This document shows, piece by piece, positions 14,480-26,952 of a stretch of DNA of 64,000 nt; the first letter of the stretch is position 1; every line of letters starts with the position of its first letter. The translations under genes and the position numbers were made by a program. The DNA is from Octopus vulgaris (lineage: Eukaryota). The DNA lies in the NCBI GenBank assembly GCA_951406725.2, contig OX597823.1, positions 98,022,001 through 98,086,000 of the forward strand, read 5' to 3'. Under the pieces are notes generated by a model. The model did no database searches and was not told the DNA's origin. It saw only the letters and a program-made list of their open reading frames with translations.

Positions 14480-14900
14480 AAGCAGGCAGAATCTTTAGCA
14501 TGCCAGTTAAATTGCTTAGTAGCATTTTACAGAACTTTACATTCTAAGTTCAAATTCCAAGGTTGACTTTGCTTTTCATCCTTTTGGAGTCAATGAAATA
14601 AGTACCAGTAAGGCAGCAAGCTGGCAGAAGCGTTAGCACGCCGGACGAAATGCTTAACGGTATTTCGTCTGCCGCTACATTCTGAGTTCAAATTCCGCCA
14701 AGGTCAACTTTGCCTTTCATCCTTTCGGGGTCGATAAATTAAGTACCAGTTATGCACTGGGGTCAATGTAATCGACTTAATCCGTTTGTCTGTCCTTGTT
14801 TGTCCCTTCTGTGTTTAGCCCTTGTGGGTAGTAAAGAAATAGAAATAAGTACCAGTCGAACACTCCAAAATGTCAGGCTGCTTATATAATAGAAAGGATT
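14480..14900 (+). mobile_element. old tRNA-derived SINE (family B) interrupted by a younger copy
   Basis: The GTTCAAATTCC...GACTTTGCTTTTCATCC core at 14548-14609 resumes after 14842. Confidence 0.7.
14610..14841 (+). mobile_element. young tRNA-derived SINE (family B) with 15-bp TSD
   Basis: AAGGCAGCAAGCTGGCAGAA...GAGTTCAAATTCC...GCCTTTCATCCTTTCGGGGTCGATAAATTAAGTACCAG, flanked by direct repeat GAAATAAGTACCAGT (14595-14609, 14842-14856). Confidence 0.9.
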
Positions 14901-15756
14901 ATAATTGTTATTATGTTGAGATAGCTAATCTCCTAAGCTGTGATTCAGCTCATCTAACATGTTCCCTCTGCAATCTTTATCAGAATTTTTGGATAATCAA
15001 AATAAAACTGGGCAGAAATTTAAATATGGTCTGCTTAGCAATTCATTGACACTCTAAAACGAGTGTCTTGGGCTAGATTTTGTTACGACTTAACATGCTA
15101 TACTGTAGTTGTGGGTCACTTCCAAGCATATGATTGGTTTGCTCCCTGTCGTAGATCTACTCAACTGAGACCAAACTGGAAGTGGGGATCTAAAACGCCA
15201 CATAGTCTGCTGGCTTCTGTCAGAGAGCTGACCATATATATGCACCAATATCTGCAGGACTGGTCAAGTTTTTTTTGTTTTTTTTAAACTAGGAAGTTGC
15301 TTGTGTATGCTACTTCCTCACCCAAGCCACCAGTTTTGTCCAGTGCTAAGGCTTTGCTTAATGTATGATACAGCTTGGCACCACCAGTCTCACTGCAGGT
15401 ATTGCTGCCAGAACACAAAACCTTAGTATAGATACCACAAAACATCTCATTTGACACTTTAATAGTTTTGCCAATCCGCCATCCTGGATTCTCAGATTGG
15501 TATTTTTTTTTTTTTTTTTTAACTGCTGGAAGGATGAAAGGCAAAATTGAGCTCAGCAGACTTTGAACTCAAAGCACAGTGGGTTGGAGCAAATATTGTC
15601 AGGTATCTTATCCAACATTCTATCTCTTCCAGTTTGCACACTGACACATGAAATAGAGATGCAAAAACCAGATTGTACAACAAAATGGATGTCCACACTC
15701 CTCACAAGCAAATATTACCATTTTTTCCTGCATACAAGTTGATATATTGTAAATAT

Positions 15757-16130
15757 CATCATCATCAGCATCATTGTTTAACGTCCACTTTCCATGCCAG
15801 CATGGGTTGGACGATTTGACTGAGGACTGGCGAACCAGATGGCTGTGCCAGGCTCTAATCTGATCTGGCAGAGTTTCTACAGCTGGATGCCCTTCCTAAC
15901 GCCAACTACTCCGAGAGTGTAGTGGGTGCTTTTTATGTGCCACCGGCACGAGGGCCAGTCTGGTGGTACTGGCAATGGCCACGCTCGAAAACAGTGTTTT
16001 TTACATGCCACCTGCACAGGAGTCAGTCCTGCAGCACTGGCAACGACCTCGCTTGAATGTTTTGTTCACGTGCCAGTCAGGCAACGCTGACAACGATCAC
16101 GCTCAAATGGTGCACTTTATGTGCCAGACA
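15757..16130 (-). mobile_element. RTE 3' UTR fragment
   Basis: (CAT)n...TTTAACGTCCACTTTCCATGCCAGCATGGGTTGG homology. Confidence 0.8.
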
Positions 16131-16799
16131 GCTGCTCTAATTCAAACATCGTTACTGTCTTTGCAAATCCTACTGCATTTCACATGGAATTTTTGGTCCT
16201 CCAAAGTTGTCTTGGTGTGTAAGTCGACCTAACTTTTCTGAAAAATTTGACTTGTGTGACAGAAAACATAATTTATGATTGAAACAGTTCATAACTATTG
16301 CACTTGTTAGCTGGGTCACTTTTAATTATTTAGTTAAATACTTCAAACCATAAATTTGCTCCAGTAGAACTGATTAACTCTCTTGCTTGCAACCACTCGA
16401 GACATTTTCAGGTGCTGATACAAAAATGCTTGATTTCAAGTGTTTATATTGAAATTAAAAGCTACCTTTATAATTTGATGCTAGAATCTTTTACATTCTT
16501 CACACTAACTTAATTACAAAATAGTTATTTTGCTAAATCTCATCAAATTCTTTATTTTCAAAAAGAATTGAAACATCTACACCATGTGCTTCATTAAGAA
16601 ACATAGTCCCAAAAGGAGTTTAAGATACTTTGCAACATATCACGTAAGGAGTATTACCATTTTCTCAGTGATAATCAAAATAGTGTTACTTAAACATTTT
16701 TACTAGTAGCAATAATAATATTACTATGGTTATTTTATATCCTAGTTATGTGTTGTTAATATTGCAGCCACTCTTCCTCCTGACTTGTTACACTGCCTC

Positions 16800-17042
16800 C
16801 TCATCATCATCATCATCCGTTTTCCATGCTAGCATGGGTTGGACGGTTCGACCGGGGTCTGGGAAGCCAGGAGGCTGCACCAGGCTCCAGTCTGATCTAG
16901 CAGTGTTTCTACAGCTGGATGCCCTTCCTAATGCCAACCACTCCGTGGGTGTGGTGGGTGCTTTTTACGTGCCACCAGCACAGGTGCAAGGGGAGGCTGG
17001 CAACGGCCACACGATCGGTTGGTGCTTTTTATGTACCACCTC
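16800..17042 (-). mobile_element. RTE 3' UTR fragment
   Basis: Same 3' end family as 1601-1925. Confidence 0.8.
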
Positions 17043-17606
17043 AGCCCACTTAATATTGATACACACCTATCACATGAACCAATGACTAGCTCTAAATGGC
17101 TGCATGGCCTTCTAGAACAGCAGCCAAGTTTCTTCAGACTCTTCCAAATGTATTTGAAATTTTTAAAGATAGCAATGTGGCCTTTGATATATCGCATCTG
17201 AAAGAAAAAATAAACGAGAGATCCTCATTACATTAATGTGTTCAGTTGTAGTTGTTGTTTAACCCGAGACAGCTCGTAACATGCTAGCATATGATTAAGG
17301 TGTTCCAGCCATGACCAACTAGCCTTAGTTTCAGGTATAATACATCTAAGATTACACCATTCAATGTGTGCTACCTTGTTTAAGATAGTATGGCGAGAGA
17401 GAGTATTTGATGCAAATTTGGCTGATATTTCTAACCGGTCATGTGACTACGTGGAGTTACACTCCCATGTTAAACAGAAGTAGATATTGCAGTGTTAGGA
17501 TAGAATTTGAATGTTCTTAAGGAATAGAATTTATTATTTTATTATTATATACACAGCACATACACATAGTACTCACACGTGTACACACAAAAACACACAC
17601 ACACAA

Positions 17607-17669
<63 letters not shown>

Positions 17670-17670
17670 C

Positions 17671-18936
17671 TAGCTAGCTAAAACCAAAGTCCTAATAAGT
17701 AGGAAGGCAGCCAAACCACAAATCCCTTCAGGTACATGGCCCTGCTCGATCTGTAGTAGAGGTGTAGGTAGAAACTAAGAGTTGCAGTAATATCAAAGGA
17801 AGGCTAACTGGGAAGATAGTTTTTGTATGTGGTAGATGCTCGGGAGCGATAAACACTGAAAATGTGCAGAGACCAACTTCCGCCACATTCCAGGGAGAAA
17901 AACTAGAAGTAGTTGATAGCTTCCGTTATCTAGGTGACCAAATCAGTAGCAGAGGAGGGTGCACTGAAAGTGTAGCTGCTAGCATAAGAATAGCTTGGGC
18001 AGAGTTCAGAGAGCTCTGCTGGTGACAAAGGGCCTCTCGCTCAGAGTAAAAGGTAGACTGTATGATGCATGTGTACGAACAGCCATGCTACACGGCAGTG
18101 AAACATGGGCTGTGACTGCTGAGGATATGCGTAAGCTCGCAAGAAATGAAGACAGTAGGCTCCGATGGATGTGTAATGCCAGTGTGCATACTCGACAGAG
18201 TGTAAGTACCTTGAGAGAAAAGTTGAACCTAAGAAGCATTAGATGTGGTGTGCAAGAGAGACGACTGCATTGGTATGGTCATGTGGCGAGAATGGATGAG
18301 CATAGCTGTGTGAAAAAGTGCCACACCCTAGCCGCTGAGGGAACCTGTGGAAGAGGTAGACCCAGGAAAACCTGGGACGAAGTGGTGAAGCACGACCTTC
18401 AAACTTTAGGTCTCACCGAGGAAATGACTAGAGACCGAGACCTTTGGAAGTATGCTGTGTGTGAGAAGACTCGACAAGACAAGTGAGACCATAACCCATG
18501 GCCTCTACATGGGATGTAGCCAGTCTACTTATGCATACCTTTCCTTCTTGGGACACAAAACTCTGCTTGTGAAGACCTGTTGAGGCAAGTGAGAATCAAA
18601 ATCGATCAACATCAATGGAAATTGTAGCTGTGATACCAGTGCCAGTGGCACGTAAGAGAACCATCCGAATGTGGCCATTGCCAGCGCCGCCCCAACTGGC
18701 CTCCATGCCAGTGGCATGTAAAATGCACCATCCGATCGTGGCCGTTTGCCAGCCTCGTCTGGCACGTAAAAAGCACCCACTACACTCACGGAGTGGTTGG
18801 CGTTAGGAAGGACATCCAGCCGTAGAAACATTGCCAGATCAGACTGGGCCTGGTGCAGCCTTCTGGCTTCCCAGACCCCAGTTGAACCATCCAACCCATG
18901 CTAGCATGGAAAGTGGACGCTAAACGATGATGATGA
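17671..18936 (+). mobile_element. 5'-truncated RTE-clade LINE
   Basis: ORF 17995-18486 (RLYDACVRTAMLHGSETW...LHWYGHVARM...GRGRPRKTW), near-identical to 22920-24234; (TGA)n tail; follows a (TA)n tract. Confidence 0.92.
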
Positions 18937-19624
18937 TATAATGTACACACACATACATAAACATGCACTTAGTGACTAGATTATTGTTTATTACAGTTGA
19001 ATAATTATTTGATGGATAAAACCTGTTTTTTTCCACCTCCTTATGTTTTTTTACCTGTTGAGCCTTCTAATCAAGAAATTACCATTCCTTAGTACCTTCA
19101 AGATGAACTTTGTGTATTTATATACATGGGCTTGTTCAAGTTTTATTCTTTGAGTCATAAATAAATTCGGGATTTTCCAACTGAGATTAATGATCATGAG
19201 TGTGTACATGCATGTGCATTTTGTCTGGCCTTGTGCCTAAACTGAACAATTTGTTTGGTATTTCTCTTCTTTTTTTTTTCTTTTTACCCCATTACTACAT
19301 ACCAGGAGGTGGAGTAATTGACTATATTAAACTGTTATGGTATTACATTAGTTGTTTACTTCATAACTTTGGCTGAGATAAACATGGAATATAAGTAATT
19401 TGTTTAATGTTTTCTGAGCACTGACAACAGTTCTTCAGATTACTCACATACCCAAAACTGGCAATAATTTCTTCAGTTATTTGTGCTTAATGCTACTAGC
19501 ACAACAGCTCCATTTGCAATGTCCAATATTAATTATAATTCATTGAAAAGGTTATCAACCATGTCTTATATTTTCCTATATAAATAGAATTTTGGTTGAT
19601 TGTCTCAGTATGTTCTCTTGTTGC

Positions 19625-19770
19625 CATGACTAGGTGGTTCACTTGCTAGCCACATACTTTCAGGTTCAGTCCCACTGAGTGGCACCTTGGGTATGTGTGT
19701 TCTGCTATAGCCGAGGGTCAATCAAAGCCTTGCAAGTTGATATGATAGACAGACCCTGAATGAGGCCTGT
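19625..19770 (+). mobile_element. degenerate family A SINE 5' part
   Basis: GGTTCAGTCCCACTGAGTGGCACCTTGGG...TTCTGCTATAGCC matches the 2193-2589 head. Confidence 0.65.
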
Positions 19771-21002
19771 TTTGTGTGTGTGTTAGTTTGTATTTTTTTT
19801 GCTAGTTTGTAAACAAGAGGCTCAACCAGACTTGTTTCTTTTCGGTTCTCTGCATAAAAAATTCCAGTCAGTTGATAAATGTCTACATGACTGGAAACTT
19901 AAAGTAATCACAATGGAAAATCTGCAGTTTGTAACATATTACAAGCATCATCATCATCATCATCATTTAGCATTCATTTTCCATGCTGGCATGAGCTGTG
20001 GGAATATATTGTTGAGGCATTCTTTTAGAGCTAGATGCTCTTCTTGTTACTAACCCATCTTTATTTCTCAAATAAGGGATTTCTTATTCTGCATGTCTTT
20101 GAAGATACAAAGCCAACATAAGAGCCACTGACCTGGGAAGTAATAATAATGTTACTATCCATAGCTTTGATTGGCCCAGGGTTATAGTAGAAGATGCTTG
20201 TCCAAGTTATCATGCTGTGAAATTGAACCCAAAACCACATGGTTGGGAAGCAAACTTCTTAACCACACAGCCAGGTCTGTGCCAGTTTACATTCAAAACA
20301 TAAGGAATACCACAACAATCTTCATCAAAAAAATTGATACGGGAACCTGCCCTAAATAATAACAGCAGTACTGTTGGTATAGGGACTTAATAATATCAGA
20401 AGAAATGTCATATAATTTTTGTTTTATTGCCAGTTATCCATTCTTTTCCATATAAGGCCACGCAATCTGCTCACGCAGCATCTTCAGAGCTTTGTCGCTA
20501 ATTCTATTCTTAACCAAATTGAAAACTGTTAACATTTTTGAAGAGGGCTGGTCCCTAGCTACATTTTGGCATTAAAAAATTGAGATTTAGTCCAGTAGAA
20601 AAAAGTTTTCATCAAAATTTGTAGCAACATTATCAGAGAGTAACACCTCCAGTCAAGTTTAGATCTAAATAACTTTTTTATTTTAAAAGCAAAATATATT
20701 TATCTTAGCTTCAATGATAGAAGAAAGCATGAAGAATTTCATAGTTTTGATCTCATGCAACAAAAATTTATATCAAAAAAGTTGTGAGGTAAAATATCAT
20801 GAAAAAAATATATATAAGTACGGTAAAAAATAGGATTTAACTACAATTAACTTATTTATTTTAAAAACAAACTATATCTTAATTAAGCTAAAATGATAGA
20901 GCTCAATTCGAGGAATTTAATGGAATGAATCTCATGCAATGAAGTTTTAAAAGAAAAATGTTATGAGTGTTTGTTTCTCAAATTTGAGGGTGATAATCTA
21001 GT

Positions 21003-21215
21003 TACTCTTTCACTTGTTTCAGTCATTTGACTGCAGCCATGTTGTAGCACCACCTTTAGTTGAGCAAATTGACCCCAAGACTTATTCTTTGTAAGCCTAA
21101 TACTTATTCTAGTGGTCTCTTTTGCTGAACCACTAAGTTATGGGGACATAAACACACCAGCATCAGTTGTCAAGCGATGTTGGGGGGACAGACACACAAA
21201 CACACACACACACAC
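21003..21215 (-). mobile_element. family A SINE, 3' half (split by an RTE insertion)
   Basis: Matches 2207-2400; ends in the central (CA)n tract where the LINE begins. Confidence 0.85.
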
Positions 21216-24200
21216 CTGGGCAGGGAACACTGACGGGGTTGGGGGCGTGGGTATACTTCTCGCTGAAAAATGGGTAGATAAGGTAATTGAGGTAATCAGA
21301 GTATGTGACAGAATACTTAAGATTAGATTAGTGCTTCATCATGGATTAGCAACCATTATATCGGCCTATGCTCCTCAGCCAGGCCTACCCAATGGACAGA
21401 AAGACCGATTCTATGACACTCTACTGCAGACTACCTCGTTGACAAACGACAGAGACCTTCTCTTTGTGGCTGGTGACTTCAACGGTCATGTTGGACGACA
21501 TGCTTGGGGCTTCCATGGTGTACATGGAGGCTATGGTTATGGTTCCCGCAATGAGGAGGGAACCAGGCTGCTGGAGTTCTGCGATGCAAATGATCTTATG
21601 GTTTGCAACACTAACTTCAGGAAACCTACCAGCCACCTAGTCACCTACCGATCGGGTCAACATACCAGCCAAATTGACTACATCCTTGCCAGGAAAAGGG
21701 AAAGATGGCTGCTTATAAATACCAAAACCTTCCCAGGCGAAGAATGTACCCCGCAACATAGACTGGTGGTTAGTGACTTTAGGATCAGGACTAAGAGGAC
21801 GACCAACATGGAGAAGAAGGATCTGGAAGCTTAAAGATCCTGCGAATGGTCAGAGATTTAGGGACATATTACTTGAAGCCTTTGACAAAGTAGAAGGAGA
21901 TAGAGCTTCACATGGGGTAGAAGACAACTGGACGTTTCTAAGGGACAACCTGCTGAGAGCCACTGACCAGATCTGTGGCTGGTGCAAAGTCCCCTCTCGA
22001 CCCAACAATGTTGTAGACAGGGCTATTAGAGAAAAGAGACAGGCTTGGAAGGACTGGAAGAATGGTGGTAGCAGGGAATTGTATCAGACTGCCAAAAGGG
22101 AAGCTAGGAGACAGGTGTATTTAGCCAGAGGGGAAGCAGATAAGAAAAAATTTGCCAATGTTCTGCGCCATGAGGACCAAAGACTTGAGGTGTTTTGTGT
22201 CGCAAGACAGTATGTGAGAGAGAATCGTGATGTGGTAGGAGAGAAATGTGTTTGCATGGATGATGGTTCACTTGCACTAAATGAGGATGCAAAGAGAGAG
22301 GTTTGGAGACGCCACTATGAAAGGTTGCTGAATAAAGAAAATGAATGGGATAAAGAGAGTCTGCCGAATGTTGACCCAACAGAGGGACCAGCTATCCGAG
22401 TTGACAGTTCCTTGGTAGTTAAGGCAATTAGAAGCATGAAGACAGGGAAAGCCCCAGGCCCATCAGGAATCACTGCAGAGATGCTCAAAATATCTGGTAG
22501 TGTCAGCTATAGCCTAGTCACCCGTATAGTTAATCAGGTGATACACGAAGGAGTCATACCCAATGACTGGTGTAGCAGCATAATAGTCAACTGCTACAAA
22601 GGTAAAGGTGACGCCCTAGATACAAATAATTACAGAGGTATCAAGCTGTTGGATCAGGTAATGAAGGTTACGGAGAGGGTCATAGCCCAACTAATTAAAG
22701 AGAGAGTTAGTTTAGATGAGATGCAGTTTGGGTTCGTGCCAGGGAAAAGTACCACTGATGCTATATTCCTGGTAAAGCAGCTGCAGGAGAAATACCTAAC
22801 CAAAGATAAGCCCCTGTACCTGGCTTTTGTTGACATGGAGAAAGCCTTCGGCTGGGTCCCCCGATCCCTTATCTTGTGGTCAATGAGGAAACTAGAATCA
22901 AAGGGCCTTAGAGTCAATCTAGCTAAAACCAAAGTCCTAATAAGTAGGAAGGTAGACAAATCACAAACGCCTTCAGGTAGATGGCCCTGCTCGATCTGTA
23001 GAAAAGGTGTAGGTAGAAACCCTATAAGATGCACCAAGTGTAAGCTATGGACACATAAGAGGTGCAACAATGTCAAAGGAAGGCTAACTAGGAAGATAGT
23101 TTTTGTATGTGGCAGATGTTCAGGAGCAATAAACACTGAAAATGCACTGAGACCAACTTCTGCCACATTCCAGGGAGAAAAACTAGAAATAGTTGATAGC
23201 TTCTGTTACCTAGGTGACCAAGTCAGTAGCAGGGGCAGGTGTGCTGCAAGTGTAACTGCTAGAGTAAGAATAGCTTGGGCAAAGTTCAGAGAGCTCTTAT
23301 CTCTGTTAGTGACAAAGGGCCACTCGCTCAGAGTAAAAGGTAGATTGTATGATGCATGTGTACAAACAGCCATGCTACATGGCAGTGAAACATGGGCTGT
23401 GACTGCTGAGGATATGCGTAAGCTTGCAAGAAATGAAGCCAGTATGCTCCGATGGATGTGTAATGTCAGTGTTCATACTCGACAGAGTGTAAGTACCTTG
23501 AGAGAAAAGTTGGGCCTAAGAAGCATCAGTTGTGGTGCGCAAGAGAGATGACTGCGCTGGTATGGTCATGTGGCGAGAATGGACGAGGATAGCTGTGTGA
23601 AAAAGTGCCACACCCTAGCGGTTGAGGGAACCTGTGGAAGAGGCAGACCCAGGAAAACCTGGGACGAAGTGGTGAAGCACGACCTTCGAACTTTAGGTCT
23701 CACCGAGGAAATGACTAGAGACCGAGACCTTTGGAAGTATGCTGTGTGTGAGAAGACCCGGCAGGACAAGTGAGACCATAACCCATGGCCTCTACATGGG
23801 ATGTAGCCAGTCTACTTATGCATACCTTTCCTTCTTGGGACACAAAACTCTACTTGTGAAGACCTGTTGAGGCAAGTGGAAATCGAAATCGATCAACAAC
23901 ACTGGAAATTGCAGCTGTGTTACCAGTGCCGGTGGTATGTAAGAGAACCATCCGAACGTGGCCGTTGCCAGCCTCGCCTGGCCCCCCATGCTGGTGGCAC
24001 GTAAAAAGCAGCGTCCGAGCGTGGCCGTTTGCCAGCCTCGTCTGGCACCTGTGCCGGTGGCATGTAAAAAGCACCCACTACACTCACGGAGTGGTTGGCA
24101 TTAGGAAGGGCATCCAGTTGTAGAAACATTGCCAGATCAGACTGGGCCTGGTGCAGCCTTCTGGCTTCCCAGACCCCAGTTGAACCGTCCAACCCATCCT

Positions 24201-24234
24201 AGCATAGAAAGCGGATGCTAAACGATGATGATGA
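21216..24234 (+). mobile_element. RTE-clade LINE, 5'-truncated: AP endonuclease + RT (internally deleted) + PHD-like finger
   Basis: EN motifs GVGIL, SAYAPQ, AGDFNGHVG, SQIDYIL, PQHRLV. RT motifs GKAPGPSGI, NYRGIKLL, MQFGFVPGKSTTDAIF, FVDMEKAF, FCYLG. Frameshift near 21800, stop at 23549-23551, 3' (TGA)n tail. Confidence 0.93.
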
Positions 24235-24391
24235 TACGACGAGCTTCTTTCAGTTTCTGTCTACTAAATCCTCTCACAAGGCTTTGGTCGGTCTGAGGCT
24301 GTAGTAGAAGACACTTGCCCAAGGTGCAACACAGTGGGACTGAAACTGGAACCATGTGGTTAGTAAGCAAGTTACTAACCACACGGCCACT
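24235..24391 (-). mobile_element. family A SINE, 5' half (tRNA head)
   Basis: Continues the SINE of 21003-21215; matches 2423-2581. Confidence 0.85.
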
Positions 24392-24522
24392 TATGAATAT
24401 AATTCTAGAAGGGGGCTTTTAATATATGGCACCAGCATCATTGAGGAAAGGAAAAAATTCTGAACGATACCGCTAATTTGCAATTAGTTTAATTATGTCA
24501 TCTGTATTAATTAATGCAGTTA

Positions 24523-24968
24523 TTGATTGATTGATTCTAGTTTCAACTTATGAGCTGTGGCCATGCTGGGGCACCGCCATTTGGTGTTGCTACTTGGTTT
24601 CACTTCATGGGGGCTTTCTAGCAACTGCTATTTGGTGCATGAGAGAGTTCAATGTAGCTGCCCTCATCTGCCCCTCCTGCCGTGAAGTTGGTTCATCTGG
24701 GACACCTGACAGGAAGAGATCCAGCTTCATTTTAAAGACATCTGTATCCACCCCATGCAGGTCTCTCAGGTTCTTCGGGAGGATATTGAAGAGCTGTGGG
24801 CCTCGGAAGCCCAGGCTATCACAGAATCTTGTCCTACATCTTGATGGCAGGTTTGGAGTCCTAGGCACCACGCAGTGGCGCCCAGTTCTGGCATTTGCGT
24901 AACTCTCGATGCCAAAGTTCAGGACACTTCCCTCCAGGATCTTCCAGATGTATATTATGGCATATCTT
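24523..24968 (-). mobile_element. CR1-clade LINE 3' fragment (same family as 1-1590)
   Basis: ORF 24605-24871 is near-identical to the C-terminus of 361-1488; TTGA repeats at 24523-24535 are the tail. Confidence 0.9.
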
Positions 24969-25925
24969 TATATCATGAAAATGAAAAAAATTTTAATATT
25001 ATTTAGAAATTTTGGCAATCTTTTTTAACTCGAAGGCATGTGTGCGCAGCTCAGCTGTTACCTTATGGCATTCAGTAAATTCCATAAAAAATTTTTATTT
25101 TCGGGAGTGGTAATGTACATTTTGTTTGAAGTCAGCATAAAGTGAAAGAGAGAGGAAATGGACATGGATGTGTGTATGTATTTGCTGGAGGGGTGCAGGA
25201 CAGAAAGTGTGTTGTGTGTGAGAGAGAGAAAGAGACAGTGTACATGTTTTTTCAGTGAATTTGTGAGTGATTGACTGAGAGAGAGAGAGGGGGGTGTATG
25301 TGATAGAGAGAGAGAGAGAGTAATAGCGTAAATTTTACTTAGCTACTTATACATGCATGCAAAAAAAAAATTGTCATAAGAACACACACCTTTTTGTATC
25401 TCACATGCACACATATAAAAACACGTATGCATATGTATTTGTGTGCATGTGTGGCTGACCCTAACCATTTTACACATACATGGCAACACCTCTCTCTTTC
25501 TCTCTCTTTCTCAGTCAATCATTCACACACTCACTCACTAAAAAAGATGCGAGAAAAACTAAATAAATAAAATTTACGCTATCACTCTCTCTCTCTCTTT
25601 CACAACACATCTCTCTCTCTCTCTCACACACACAGCAACACACTCTCTCTCTCTCTCTCTGACAACACACACCTCTTTCTCTCTCAATCAATCAATCACT
25701 CACTCAAAAATGCAAGGAAAAAATAAATTTTAAAAAATGTATGCTGCAGTCTCTCTCTCTCCCTCACACACACAACACACACGCTCTCTCTCTCACTCAC
25801 ACACACACACACACAGAATGCACACTTCAAATTTATTATTCAATTTTCAATAAGGTAAAATCTTAAATTATTAATTGGCATATTATTAATTAGCATAATA
25901 GCATAGCCTGGAAAAACATGGATTA

Positions 25926-26774
25926 CATGGAAAAAGGCAAGTGAGAGAAATAATATTCTTAAGATTATAAACAAGGAAAAGTACAGAACAAGTTATTACA
26001 CTTGGAAAAGTTCAGGATAAGTTATTATATCTGGTAAAGTACAAAACAAGAAATATTTTTACTTAAAATATTGCAGCTAAGGATAAAATTTGAAAATTAA
26101 AAACATAGTTTGATTTACATTTACAAAGTAACATTATAATTAGAAAAGGTACCATCATTTTGTTAAAATATTGACACACTAGAATACTTAAAAAATGAGA
26201 GCTAGAAGTACCAATATAGCTAAAGTTTTATGCAAAGTAGAATAGTATATATGGTAGGCAAATTCATTATGTAAAAAATTGGCATTGGGAAAAGACTAAA
26301 AATGTGAAGACTTGGCAAGAACTTAGGCAATGACTCAAGCAAATTTTATTGTGAATTTGTTGTTATAGGTAGATTTTACTGTAATATATAACTAATTTTT
26401 GTATTATTCTATTTTTTTGTACGAACTAATTATGTACTACTAATATTTTTTATAACCTATTTTCAAATTTCTAATCATTAATTAATAATTTAAAAAATGA
26501 ATTTTTTTGAAGTACAAAAAATATTTCAATTGAGTTATTTTTAATTTTTAATGGAAATAACAAATAGAAGTAATAACTTGTAATAGAATTTTTAGTTTTA
26601 ATAAAGCTAATATTTTCTAAATCTAAATATTTTATTTGAAATTTTATCCTTAGCTGCAATATTTTAAGTAAAAATTTTCTTGTTCTGTACTTTACCAGAT
26701 ATAATAACTTGTCCTGTACTTTTCCAGGTTTATAATCCTAAGAATATTATTTATCTTGCTCGCATTTTTCCATG
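25926..26774. mobile_element. MITE-like element with long terminal inverted repeats
   Basis: CATGGAAAAA...ACTTAAAATATTGCAGCTAAGGATAAAATTT (25926-~26095) is inverted at ~26635-26774; TA on both outer flanks. Confidence 0.7.
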
Positions 26775-26864
26775 TAATAACTATTTGTTTAACTTTATGA
26801 ACTATATATAGTAATATACATGCTGAATGATTTAATAATTTGTTTTCATTTTGTTTGTTTGCAG

Positions 26865-26952
26865 TCCTACTTTGTCACAGACTATGATCCCACTATTGAA
26901 GATTCCTATACAAAGCAATGTCAAATAGATAGTATAGTAGCACGCTTAGACA
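26865..26952 (+). CDS. RRAS2: R-Ras2 coding exon 2 (switch I)
   Basis: ttgcag|TCCTAC...GACA|gtaagt; 88 nt; [29 protein letters not shown]. Confidence 0.95.

Noticed and set aside
20690-20950. Diverged direct repeat (ATGATAGA...GAATTT...ATCTCATGCAA, twice)
   Set aside because: Probably an internal repeat of an old DNA transposon; termini could not be defined.
1-26864. R-Ras2 first coding exon (GGGGVGKS)
   Set aside because: No P-loop-coding exon found by eye; the GTGGTGGTG at ~11331 does not continue into GKS. Presumed upstream of the window.
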